A DNA stretch of 64,000 nt from Cetorhinus maximus (Eukaryota), in the NCBI RefSeq assembly GCF_964194155.1, contig NC_135881.1, forward strand, positions 52,018,001-52,082,000, given 5' to 3'. Positions 36,306-48,299 of this stretch are shown here, piece after piece; within the stretch, counting starts at the first letter, position 1, and the number at the start of each line of letters is the position of its first letter. The notes below the pieces were generated by a model. That model was not told the origin of the DNA. It worked only from the letters and a program-made list of their open reading frames with translations, and searched no databases. Position numbers and translations under genes: made by a program.

Positions 36306-39300
36306 ATTGCGACCAATGTCATTTAATGTTAATTTAAATTTTCTCCATGCGTACGCAAATGACAAATGAGCATTCTGTAGTTAGTAGAATTGAACTTCTA
36401 AAGGAATAATGAGGTATCTAGAATAAGAGATTTTAAATAATTTGTAAGTGTATTAAAAAAAACCCAATTACCTCTACCAGGTGAAAAAAAATAAGCACCA
36501 GAGTAGGGTAATCTGCAAATTGAGTTTAGACATGGAATTTAAAATCATCTAATGTGTACTTTAAACAACTGTGATGTTAAACACAACATTGCTCCGCTCT
36601 CAGCCTATATAGTGTTTGCCAAGGGTTCACGGTGTCAAATTTGTAAGCATTTAATCTTGTGATTTAGAAAGGAATTTTTAAAAATTGCCAATAGAAGCTG
36701 AAGTTTGGGAGTTTTCAACTTGTGGATAATGATTTGAATTCTGCCTTTCAGTTGTTCACATCTCGAACGTTCTACCTAATAAATATGACTTCGAACACGG
36801 TTCAGAGAACGGTGGACTTGTGAGTGCAATTACACCAATATAACGTTCGTGCGAATCAATTTGGTTTTGCAGACACTGCAGTTACCACATGGAATCAAAT
36901 TCAATTTGCACCACCTGACATTGGACACTTTGGAATCAGTCCGGCATTAGCACCGCAGGGTTAGAATCATGGAATAATTTTAGCATACATGAGGCCATTC
37001 GTCCCGTCCTGTCCATGCCGGTTCTCTACGAGAGCAACTCTCAGCTGATCCCACTTTCCCGCCTTTTTCCCATAGTCCTTCACATGTTTTCTGTTCAGAT
37101 AATTATCCAGTTGCTTTTGAAGGTCTCGATGTTAGCACGGTGCCAAGCCAAAACAACAAACAGCGGCATTAAACTTTGTAAATATACACCAAAAAGAATT
37201 TTGTCATCTTTCATGGTTCCATTAAGTTTCTAAAATTGCAGTGGTTGAGATTAACGATGACAAGAAATCCAAAACTGTTTGCTAAGCGCTTTTTGGGTTT
37301 GCTAATAATAAAAATGTTTGGATCTTTACATTGGCTTCAATATCTTTCATGGCTACATTGAAATTCAGGAGGGAAGGAAGGACGAGACGCGTAATTTTTC
37401 GCAGCATAATTTTAACATGTGCACAGAGGCCATAGCATCACAGATCATCAATAAACGTTTACGTTTTTATAATGTGCATTCGATTTCTTTTGGAGAGTAA
37501 TTGAGAGCGCGCCGGGGTTTGCTGCTGACTGCGGTAACTAACGCTACACACCGGGCATATGCTCAGGTTGGTGTGAGGTTTGACTATTGCACTTTGTGGT
37601 GGAAGCACGGAGGCGCGCATGCGTGTTGCAGCCTTTCCCAACAGGGCTCCAGCGTGCGAGCGCCCGCCAAAAGAGTCACGTGGTTTGTGAGCAGCCGCTC
37701 TGCGGGCTGCAAAAAACTGCCTTCCTTTGTCATTCAATGGGGAGCAGGGAAAGAGAAACATGTGGGTAGAACATTAGCCAGCCTGCCTGAAACATTAGGT
37801 GAACAATCCAGCCAGTGTATAACATATGAAGATAATAAAAACACCATTTGAAAAGTCCGTAGAACATCTTAGAAGATGCGGCTGATGATCATCATATGAT
37901 TTAAACCCCTGAGAACGACAGTTAAAGAGTCAATTTTAATATTCTGTCCAACACCAAGTATTCACTGCTCTCTGTAGGTGCGATTTAAAACCAAATCCTT
38001 TCTGTCTACGCTATTTAATGTCAAACCCTAGTACCAAAAGTCAAGACTATAAATAAAATGAAGCTTTTTTCCTGAAAAAAAATGTTCTGAGACATGGCAC
38101 GTTACCAATAACCGTTCACTTAGCTCTTGTACAAGTTGCAAAAAGAAACTGGTTGTTTGTGAGAAAAGGAAATCCGCTCGTTGAGCAAAGAGCTAAAAAA
38201 GATCATGCAGTAGACAAGAACGTTACCCACCACTGACAAACAGGAAGCAGTTATCTGATTAAAACATTTACTTAGAATTTTGATGCAAGGTAATCAGGTG
38301 TCACTGTGACGTTAACAAAACACAACTGTTATTATTATATTTTCAATATACAAATGAACCCCCCATTAAAAAATCTTAATATTTATAATAAAGGCGCACT
38401 TCCTGATCTCTACGCATTAAAGTAGAAACGTAGTTTACACTAGATTTTCAAATGTAGGAACACCAGCTTGCATTACGTCAAAATAAATGAGTTTGTTATC
38501 TAAAGGATTACTCGGCGTGCACTGCCGCGTTTGCGAACCCTGCATTGTCATGTTTTTTTTGCACGAAGAGCATCTGTACTGAACTTAGATTATAACGTTT
38601 TCATGTATTTACATCTAATTTACAAAGGTGTAACTTAAGGCCATGGATTGTTTTCAGGGCACCAAGGTTACATTTCACCCAACGCATTGATATTCGATGT
38701 TTTTGTATTGTTACCTGACATTACCATGAGACACGAACATGTTGGACCCTTAAATACCTGCACAAGCTGCTCCTTTTTGTAGGCCAGGAAATAATACATA
38801 CAAATAGATACATCTTTTTCAAAGCAACTATAATGACTATAATCAGTTAAAACATCTACGAGACACATAAAAAATAGTACAGGCCAGGAATGAACTTCGA
38901 GTGGATGCCGATACGTACCGTATTCGTCGTTTAGAATATTTGCTTAATTCGGTCGAATTGTCTATTTTGATTAATTTGGAACATGGGAGGTAGTGCCTTC
39001 ATATCATTAGTGTTCACCTCTCCGCCTACAACTCACATCAAGTGTAGAGTGTTGACAAATTCGTCCGACTGCTCTCCCTCTCCCCAACACCCTCCCTTCC
39101 TCTCGCCCTTTGCCCATAAAGTTATATGAGAATGAGTCCAGTGTGTCCCATGGTGAATTCACAACGCAACATTCAATCAATTGTCTAAAAAGACCATAAA
39201 ATGGTATGATAATGTCACACACGTAAAGCGGTGGGAGAGATTATTCTGTGAATTAAAGATTAAGGTGCTTAGATTTTTCCAAATGGAACGATCTGATCGA

Positions 39301-42300
39301 CTCAGTGTTTTGAATGGGTCTTGGAAGCAAGGGGAGCTCCAGTTCTGGTGTTAGCAACTTTCATGGACTCCTCTCAGAATAATCAGCCGTTTAAACACAC
39401 TAATAGGGAGATTTTTTTTTACCCTTGTCGATGCAAGCCTAAAAGCATTGTGCTGGCTTGATGCCCACGGGCCTTTCACAATTTGTTTGTGCTCACCATT
39501 AGAAAAGAACTGTTGATACATTACAAGCATCTTAATGACCTGCTCCCGTGTTTTGGTTTGCTTTACCTGGGTCTTTTGTTGGTAATAGTTATCTTACCTT
39601 CCACTCAAAGGGGCGTATTTCCTCCGTGTATAAAGTTAAATGAAATGTGATAATTTAAGAAAGATGAATAAGTAGATTTTTATTTCACTCTGTTCACTGT
39701 AAAATATGTCATCCCCCAACAACCACATTAAATTGTATCCCACAAAAAGTTTTCTTGTCTATGTGAAAGCCAATGGGTTGTGATCGCACTTAGTAGAGAT
39801 TTGTTGCTCAGGAGGAAATCTTGTTTTTTGTCCCTTTCTGCAAGTGAAATTGATTTTGAAAAATGCTACATGCTTGTTCAATAAAATACTGCAAAGAAAG
39901 TTATTTACAGTAGCAAATCAAAGCAAATGTTACATAATCCTGTTAAAATAACGTACTAAATCAACAATATTTACTGCTATTGAATTCATACTAATATAAA
40001 AAGACAACATGATACTGGTTTATTCATATGATTGCCCCATTACATTTATTTCCAGCTGTTTTCAATTGTAGATGCCAGAGTAACTAAAATAATTTATATT
40101 ACCAGTGATTATGGAGATGTGATTGGGTGTTACTCAGCGTACTCTGGTGTTTACTTTAAGATGTGAAAACGTAGGAAAATCGATAAAGATGATCTTAGAG
40201 ACTTCTTTGAAAACATTTTCTTTGTCTATTTGTGCTGTATTTATTGGTGGCAATACCAGAAGCTTTGTCCACAAATTAGAAAAGTATAGAGCAGATATAA
40301 TTGCCCACATTTACCTTATTTGCAACATCAACTGAACTACATTTGGCGCAGTAGCTTCACGTGGAAGTAGTAATATAATAGGATCTCATTTAAAATATTT
40401 CATCTTTTTATAGGATGAGTCGAAAAAGGAAACAGTTAACAAAACAGTTAGGCTTCAGAAACTTTTGACTGGGTTTGTTTGAATTTAAACTGGTTCAACT
40501 GTGTTTCTAAGTTTCATCAGAAAGCAGATATGTGTAGCTTTTTAGGTTTCGAAAGCTAATTAAAGATCCATTTCCAGTTCTATTGTGTTGCAATAGCCTG
40601 TTTGGGAGAGTTAATGATAAAGTGAGAGTGTTTTCTCAAACAGGTATACATATATGGAATAATTCACTTAACAGGATAATAAGAGGAAAAAGAGGGTTCG
40701 CTGCGATGCTGCGTGGTCCCGAAGTGTATTTTATGTCTGGTAGAACCCAAGCTCTGAGGTCTTTCTTTAGGTGATCTCTCATTTTTTAGCTTTCGACCTG
40801 ACTCGAGAGTTAAACTACCACTTTTATTGACTCGCATCTAAAATTGAGGGTACTAGATGAATGAGGTCACATTGCCGCATAGCATTGTCTCCTCCCTAAT
40901 TTCCCATCTTGTAACATTGTCCCATCAAAACGTCTTACATTTTTATGAAATTCTGTGCCATTGCTTTCCTTTTGAAAAAACATAACATCCATAGTAACTT
41001 ACTACGGAACGTAATTTTAAGGAGTGAAATGTTTAGTATTAAATCTTCGCTTACATGCTCAGTGAAGATTATTTGATTTCATCAGCAATTATGAAAACCA
41101 TTCATTAAATGCAAAGTATTTTCATCGACATTGTATTTGACGAGTTGTGTCGAAATTATAACACTGCAGATTATTATTCCTACTGAAATGCATCAGCAAA
41201 CTCTAACCATTCTTCCCCAAGCAATGGCATGTTCGGGACAAATAGGAAACAAAGTAACAGCTAATGCAAAATCATTGATTTTAATCGATCTCACATGAAA
41301 ATTAAAGCACGATTTGCATTGTGCTTTTCCAATTTAGGGCGCAAAGAGCTGTTGTTTACTTGCTAATTTGTGTACAATATCACTGACAGTAGAACAATGC
41401 CAAAATACAGACAAAAGTTCTGTCTCGTGTTTTCCTACAAACAAAATTTAACCATCATAGAGGAGAAATTCTTATCAGGCCCCTGTAGAGGAGGAGTTTG
41501 GACCGACCACGATAAAACAAGACTAACTTAGACGATCATTGTTCACGTGTAGATAGGCATAAGTAGATAAACGGATGATAATGTATCGTAGGCAATCTTA
41601 TCCCTTTAAGGCATCACTTAAAACAACATGACCTCTTTAATACCCAGTAACAGCAAAGATTAAAACTCCAGTATCCTTTGGAATCTATCTTCTTATACTT
41701 AGCATTTACCAATTGATATTTCATCCCCAAGAATGTAATTAGGAGTCAACCCTTTGCAGCGTTAAATGTGAACCTACCAACATGCCAAGAAGTGAATATG
41801 AAAACAAATGCTACAGCTTTCATTTCCCCAGCATAAATTAGATTGTATTACTGTAATACACACCCCCTCAATGCTTCATGTTTAGGTCTATCATAACAGA
41901 AACAAATATAGAAGAGATTTTGCAAGAAAATAATACAAACGTGGGCCTGATTTGTTGAATGACATTGGGCCTGGTAACGTTTGATAATTCTATAGTAGAA
42001 AGTAATTCTTCTATAGTCATATGTAACCATTCTGATTGATGCTGACTTTTTAAATTATCTGAAGCTTATTTCACATGACCCTAGTGTTAATTACAAGTGT
42101 TGTCAGTTGAGTGTCTGAAATTTAATTTTTATGTGCTACAGATGAAAACATTGAGAGTAATGTTCTTAAACTATTCTGTTTAAGATGGTCAACCACCACC
42201 TTTTAATAAAAATAACTTCACTGTTTGCAAATTCAAACATCTTCATCTGTTATACTCTTAACGTCATTTACCAATACTAAATTCACTGACATGGATTGAA

Positions 42301-42819
42301 CAGACAATATCAGGCTCAATGTTAACCAAGATTCAATCCATGGCAATATCAATGGGAAAAGCCCATTGAAAGTAATTTGACAATATCATGTAAAGTATAT
42401 TTAAATATTTAAATATTACAATTTAACAAGAGATCCCTGGCATGCCTCATTTAAAAAGTTTGCTAATAACAATTTGGGCTATTAAATTTAAGTGAAAACA
42501 ATGAACTGAACATTTCAAGTAAAACATTTATATATAGCATATACACATTATTTGGCTGTGGTAATATACAGGGGCAGAATTTCTCAAAAATAATTATTTG
42601 AATTCACAGGGGTAGTAATTGCCTAATATATAGTTTATATCTATGTTTCATACTGATTATATTGGATGTTTGGCTTCTATCCATACATACTACACCTTTG
42701 AATTTTCTTAACCATTTCTGAGATCTAGAAACGTAACTGGTCAATGAAATCACAATGTATTGTAAATATTGTTGTTCTACAGGCAATTCAAATACTTCAT
42801 ACCCACATTAGGTCTAAAA

Positions 42820-43559
42820 TGATAAATCATTAAAACAATTTTATTTCGGGGTTGATCAATTCAGTATTTTCTTGTAGTATGTGTACTAATGCTGCAGGAA
42901 AACATTTAACAACCATAGATGCCAACATCTACCGTCAATCAGTTTTCACAGTGGAATGGCTAAAAAGAATACATTTTTCTAATTTTCATTTATCTTAAAT
43001 TCCTTTTCAGTTGGTGTCATTTGTAAAATCACTAGCCTTTTATAGTTCATCTGTACAGCCAATATCACAATGCCTACGACTGGCAAATTAAAAGTATGTT
43101 GATATACAGATATAGTAAACTTCAATTCAATTAAACACAGTTGTACAAAATATCTTCCAACGTTTACATCTTTACAATAACTTCCTGCCCAGATTTCCTT
43201 CCTTCATTTTTCATTCTGTGAATATCATCTCCAGCGCAATCATTGAGTCATTAAATCCAATGCTGTTAGGTGTAAATATCCTCAAACCTTTGCAATACAC
43301 ATTTCAGTGATGTAGATCCTTTGCTAATTTGTATTCCCAAAAACTGGAAAATTATCTTGAGGAGCAAAAGATGTTGTCAAAACTATTTGTAGTATAGCCA
43401 CATATTGTTTCTTGCTTTGAACAAAAATGTACAAGTCACTACAAAATAGTGATGTTAAGGATGCTCGCATTGCTAAGCATTCTCTATATCTATATATTAT
43501 CACATGGTATGAACAGGTCTTCGAATAAATGTGTTGTACCGTCTATTTTGTGAATACTG
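42820..43559 (-). other. BMI1: BMI1 3' UTR (minimum extent; AATAAA at 42840-42845; may extend further)
   Basis: AT-rich, repeat-free sequence after the stop; first AATAAA I found on the sense strand is at 42845-42840. Confidence 0.6.
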
Positions 43560-43886
43560 TCAGCCTGATGATGCTGATGAGCCATTCACAGACGATTTGC
43601 GCACTCTGGTGTTGCTGAATGGGATCTGATGGTTGGTATTGACACTGGAGGAACCATTCATAGTAGTGGATATATGAGGAAAGTGTGGATGTGGAGACTG
43701 CCCTGGAGTACAGGGACTGGGCAGTGAGGATGATGTGGATGGTGCAGCAGCTGGGCTGTTAGCCTTATCACTCCCAGAGTCACTTTCCACCTCTCCACTG
43801 GTATTATTTAATCCATCTTGTTGATGACCGATCTTAATTCTTTTGCACGTTGGCCGGACTCGATATTTCAGAGGAAGTGGTCCATT
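43560..43886 (-). CDS. BMI1: BMI1 last coding exon ([18 protein letters not shown]...[12 protein letters not shown]...[13 protein letters not shown]), NLS and Pro/Ser tail
   Basis: Acceptor tttcag|AAT, stop TGA at 43562-43560. Exons sum to 978 nt = 325 aa + stop. Confidence 0.97.
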   Translation of the reverse strand, partial: NGPLPLKYRVRPTCKRIKIGHQQDGLNNTSGEVESDSGSDKANSPAAAPSTSSSLPSPCTPGQSPHPHFPHISTTMNGSSSVNTNHQIPFSNTRVRKSSVNGSSASSG

Positions 43887-43974
43887 CTGAAATAAAATGT
43901 AAGATACTCGGGTAAGAATTGAAGGTCCAAGATTAAATTTTCCAGGGCCATTAAAATAGGTAAACTGGACTTAC

Positions 43975-44055
43975 CCTCCTCCATGCATAAATGTAGGCAA
44001 TGTCCATAAGAGTGTAATAATCTTTCAATGGTTCATCTTCATACATAACATCAAT
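43975..44055 (-). CDS. BMI1: BMI1 coding exon 8 ([27 protein letters not shown])
   Basis: Acceptor ctttag|ATT, donor AGG|gtaagt, 81 nt. Confidence 0.97.
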
Positions 44056-45046
44056 CTAAAGTGAAAAGAATAAAAACATACAGCAGGATTTACCCAACTA
44101 CTTTCTTTGATCATTATAAAATATAACACGCCACTTGGAAATGTAGACCTCATTGTAGTTTTATATAAATAACAATGTATCACTGTAAAGAATGAAACAA
44201 GCAAAATACATACACGCTCACATTACACTGAGTTATATTCATTGTTTTCTTAACTCATAGTAAGTCACAGCAACATATGATTGATTTCCACAAAATTAAA
44301 TAACCATGAATAGACTTTGAAGCCAGGCAAGAAAATTTATAACCTGTCTTTCAGTCATGAATGATTTATTTGTCAGGACTGACGAGGTGATAAACAAAAA
44401 AAATTTGCCAGCTTGCTAATAACAACTCTTACAATCTCTCATTGTCCCCCTCTGATTTTTTTTGTTACATCTGATCCTTGGAGGTTGGTAGAAGCTCTTC
44501 CCTACATCAGTGATTAGATCCTTCTCAATACAACTGATGTGTTTAATTTTATATTTATTAAAATTTGCTTGGTGTGATAAACTAGGTGAGTTTAAAATGT
44601 TCTGAATAGCTAAATGAATCACTTTGGAAACATCTCCAGCATCTTGATGTAACTTAGTTATTAAAATAAAAATAGATTTAGCTATAACTTTAAATCCTAT
44701 TTCACAATACCATTTGTGCTATAGAAATACAATAGACTACACTTAAATTATATGCATATAATTGTATGTGTGCATGTATACAGGGGTCTCCAAATCTCTT
44801 TGTGTACAATATTTAAATTGCCACCTTAAGATTTCAGAGCTGCATTGCAACAAGAGAAATAAACAAATACATTGTTAAATTCTCCACCTCCAAATGAAAC
44901 CAGAAATGATCTGTGGAGAAGTAAAATCTTTCAAGATTACTTTTAATATTAGAACATAACAGTTTTCTTCTCTGATAGAACCCCATTTATACTTTATTAG
45001 AAATCATATTTCATCTATAACTTTAAAAAAGTGTAACTCAGTGTAC

Positions 45047-45145
45047 CTGAAATGCTTGAGGGATGTCCATTTTACTCCTCAGGAATTTTCTTAAATGCAT
45101 CACAGTCATGGCTGCTGGGCATCGCAAATATCTCTTGTCATTCAT
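45047..45145 (-). CDS. BMI1: BMI1 coding exon 7 ([33 protein letters not shown]), RAWUL domain
   Basis: Acceptor ctctag|ATG, donor CAG|gtacac, 99 nt. Confidence 0.97.
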
Positions 45146-45369
45146 CTAGAGAGAAAGAAAATAAAAATTTAAGATATAGTGGCATTGCATTTGTTGATAA
45201 AGTAAAAATCTCAGTACTTTAAATGTTAGTAGCAGCTTTCTCTATATAAATATATCCATCTTAAAATTAAATAGAAAAATGTTTTAGCATCTTTAATGTA
45301 TTAATCTTTGCTTGTTTAACTCCATTTAAAATTAAGCATGTTTGCAAAACAAATATATGTAAACATCAC

Positions 45370-45415
45370 CTCATCTTTTGTTTTTTCTTTTTCTGAAATT
45401 CCTTTTCGTTCAGTC
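45370..45415 (-). CDS. BMI1: BMI1 coding exon 6 (KTERKGISEKEKTKDE)
   Basis: Acceptor taacag|G, donor GAG|gtgatg, 46 nt; phases fit. Confidence 0.92.
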
Positions 45416-45511
45416 CTGTTATACAAGACAGTCTCCGTTTAGTAATAAGAAAAAATGCTAAATCCCAAATAGTTTGTGAGACAGTATACTTTGTATGGTT
45501 TCTGTACTTAC

Positions 45512-45620
45512 TTATTTTGTTCGTAGAATTCTATTGACAAGCTAATGATTTCATCATCTGTTATAATCCTCTTTTCTTCTTCTGTAACTTCACCCCTGTC
45601 TTCATTAGAGCCATTTGCAG
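45512..45620 (-). CDS. BMI1: BMI1 coding exon 5 ([36 protein letters not shown])
   Basis: Acceptor ctatag|CT, donor AA|gtaagt, 109 nt. Confidence 0.97.
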
Positions 45621-46275
45621 CTATAGAATTTTGAATATTAGGAAACAGTGATTTCAGAATATTTTCATGCCAAAATGCTTTAATACAAATTTGGAAAAGA
45701 AATCATCAACAAATGTAATGTAAAGATTTGGACTACAAGATGTCAAAAGAAAGCTACATTAGATCAGTGGCTCATGTTCAACTTTTATGCTTTCAGCATG
45801 CCAGTTTAGGTTTAATTTAAGACAGCTGAAACTGTTCAAAGAACATAAATTACATTGATATTAACTGAAAGATTAATTTTGGTGTGAACTTTATAGGAAC
45901 AATGACATAAAATTATCCTGATATGTACCAATTTGGCAGAAAAAGTAAAAATGTAAAACAAGTGTGGGCCTATGCAAAATAGTCTCATCACAGCTATAAA
46001 TCTATTTTCAATTAGACTAGACATAAGTTTAAAAAAAAATTACAGCAACAACTGCATTCTGGAGTTTCAAACCTAAAAACCATTTACAAAATATATACCA
46101 AAAAAATTATGGTGCAACAAATGCACCACATGGACATAAATATTGAAAGAATCTTTAAAAAGTATCTCTACTTCCTTGTGAAAAAACTTTTAAAAATATA
46201 ATGACTCAAAAATATGCTGGTATTATGTTTATGAGGGAAAGAGAAAATCAATTAATTTTATCAGCACACACTTAC

Positions 46276-46326
46276 CATCAGCAGAAGGATGAGCAGCATA
46301 GAAGTCCCTTCTACGTTTCATTTCAT
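46276..46326 (-). CDS. BMI1: BMI1 coding exon 4 (DEMKRRRDFYAAHPSAD)
   Basis: Acceptor tttaaag|AT, donor G|gtaagt, 51 nt. Confidence 0.97.
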
Positions 46327-46420
46327 CTTTAAAGACAAAAGCCCATTAGTCATCTGATTAATAGAAAGAGGAATTCAATTCAAATGTAAATTTGTTTTAT
46401 AAAAACATTGCTACACTTAC

Positions 46421-46476
46421 CTTTGAAAAGGCCAGGAACTAATTTATATACAATATCTTGTAACGTTTTATCTGAC
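46421..46476 (-). CDS. BMI1: BMI1 coding exon 3 (SDKTLQDIVYKLVPGLFK)
   Basis: Acceptor ctttag|G, donor G|gtaagt, 56 nt. Confidence 0.97.
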
Positions 46477-47859
46477 CTAAAGAAAGGATTTGAACATGAC
46501 AGTCACATTTTACAAAACTGCAGAAAGATTTAATTCGACTTATTTTATTCCACATGGCATTATCAATATGACTTCCATCTCCATATGCAATAGTGGAATA
46601 ATGTCTGTAAATGACAAAGAATTCCAAAAACTGTTCAATTTATTAAGAATCACAGCATTCCAAAATGCAAAATACTTCTCACTTTTGGTCCTTTATATAT
46701 GCGGCCATTTGTTAGATTAGAGAAATACCACCTAAGCAGAGTTATGTAGTCTGTAAACATCATAGAAACTATCACTTTGGTGAAAATATTCACTTTATAG
46801 GAATTTATAATAAGCATTATTCAGCTGATTAATAACTACATAAGCAATGAATTAACAGCAACAAATATATCTGAGTTTTTAATTTTCTGTTCTGGGGATG
46901 TGTTAATTGGTAAACTGTGGAAGAACTAATTGTATTTCTAGTGCAGATCAGGAAGATATTGAGCCTTGTATCATGTTTACTCATTTATACATAGTATAAA
47001 AGTTTTGAATATATCAGATATATTTTACTATCACTTTGCAATATTTTCTAGCATGCAGTATAGTAATAGAAGTACTAAATTTAGTAAATTGAGTTTCTTT
47101 ATTTGTGTTTAAACTTTGTGAGAACTGGCAGAGTAATGTTTGTGGCACTGTTCCATGCTTACTTTGGACAGTAATTGGAGATTTTTTCATAAAATATTTC
47201 AAATTAGTAAACCTGGTTGATTGAATTTACTGCAAGGTTTGTTAAGTTGCTCAGTTAACGATCAAACTTTAGTTTAACTGCCAATTAACATAAAAAAAGG
47301 CCTAAATTTCCAATTTCAATTCACTCAGCAGAAACATCCATTTATTGTATCTTCTGGTAGAAGTGACTGTAAAGTATTTCTAAAATAGCACTGACTATCA
47401 CCCAACATTACATGATCTCAATTCTTGGAGCTACTGCCATCAAAGTTTTACATATAACCCAACTGTGTGTATTTCTTTCAAAACAGAATGTGAAACACTA
47501 GATTCTTCATTCAATTATTGTCAACTACTTTCAAATGAGATGTTTGATATCAATAAAATTACCATTTTCTTAGATTCCAGTTTACAATATATTCATAGTA
47601 ATTGGGTAGTATGATAATGCGGTAATACAGCACATCCATTATCTTAAAGTGGTGCTGCAAGACAGATCGTGTCATATCAAAATATGTTACGTGAAATTGT
47701 CTCACTAACCAAGGTACCATTATAAGTACACATCATGTGTATGTGTGTCAGTCTAACACGTATGTCAGTTCCATGTAGTAGTTCAGTCACACTCCCCAAA
47801 GAGATACAGCTAATGGTGTAATCAAATATTATGATCACCATAAGTACACGGATACATAC

Positions 47860-47956
47860 CTAATGTTAAGAAGGGGCCTAGTTTTGTGAACTTGCACGTC
47901 GCAAATAGGACAGTACTTGCTCGTTTCCAAGTAACGGACGATGCAGGTCTTACAAA
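47860..47956 (-). CDS. BMI1: BMI1 coding exon 2 ([33 protein letters not shown]), C3HC4 RING
   Basis: Acceptor ttcacag|TT, donor AG|gtatgt, 97 nt. Confidence 0.98.
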
Positions 47957-48113
47957 CTGTGAATAAAAGCAGGAATCGCGTAAATACACCGGTTGCAATG
48001 CTTGATCTGGTGACATGAAACGTTCTGTAACGCCTTTGTTGATGTACGTCAAGAGTGTTTTCTTTAATACTAACATAAGTAAGCGGCCTGCTGGTCTGCA
48101 GCATGCCAATTTA

Positions 48114-48299
<186 letters not shown>

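Noticed and set aside
37459-37851. Overlapping 100-116 aa ORFs
   Set aside because: Expected in GC-rich island DNA; non-ATG starts and no domain similarity.
43553-43559. miR-200b/c/429 seed match CAGTATT directly after the BMI1 stop
   Set aside because: It lies within the ~15 nt after the stop, where seed sites are generally ineffective.
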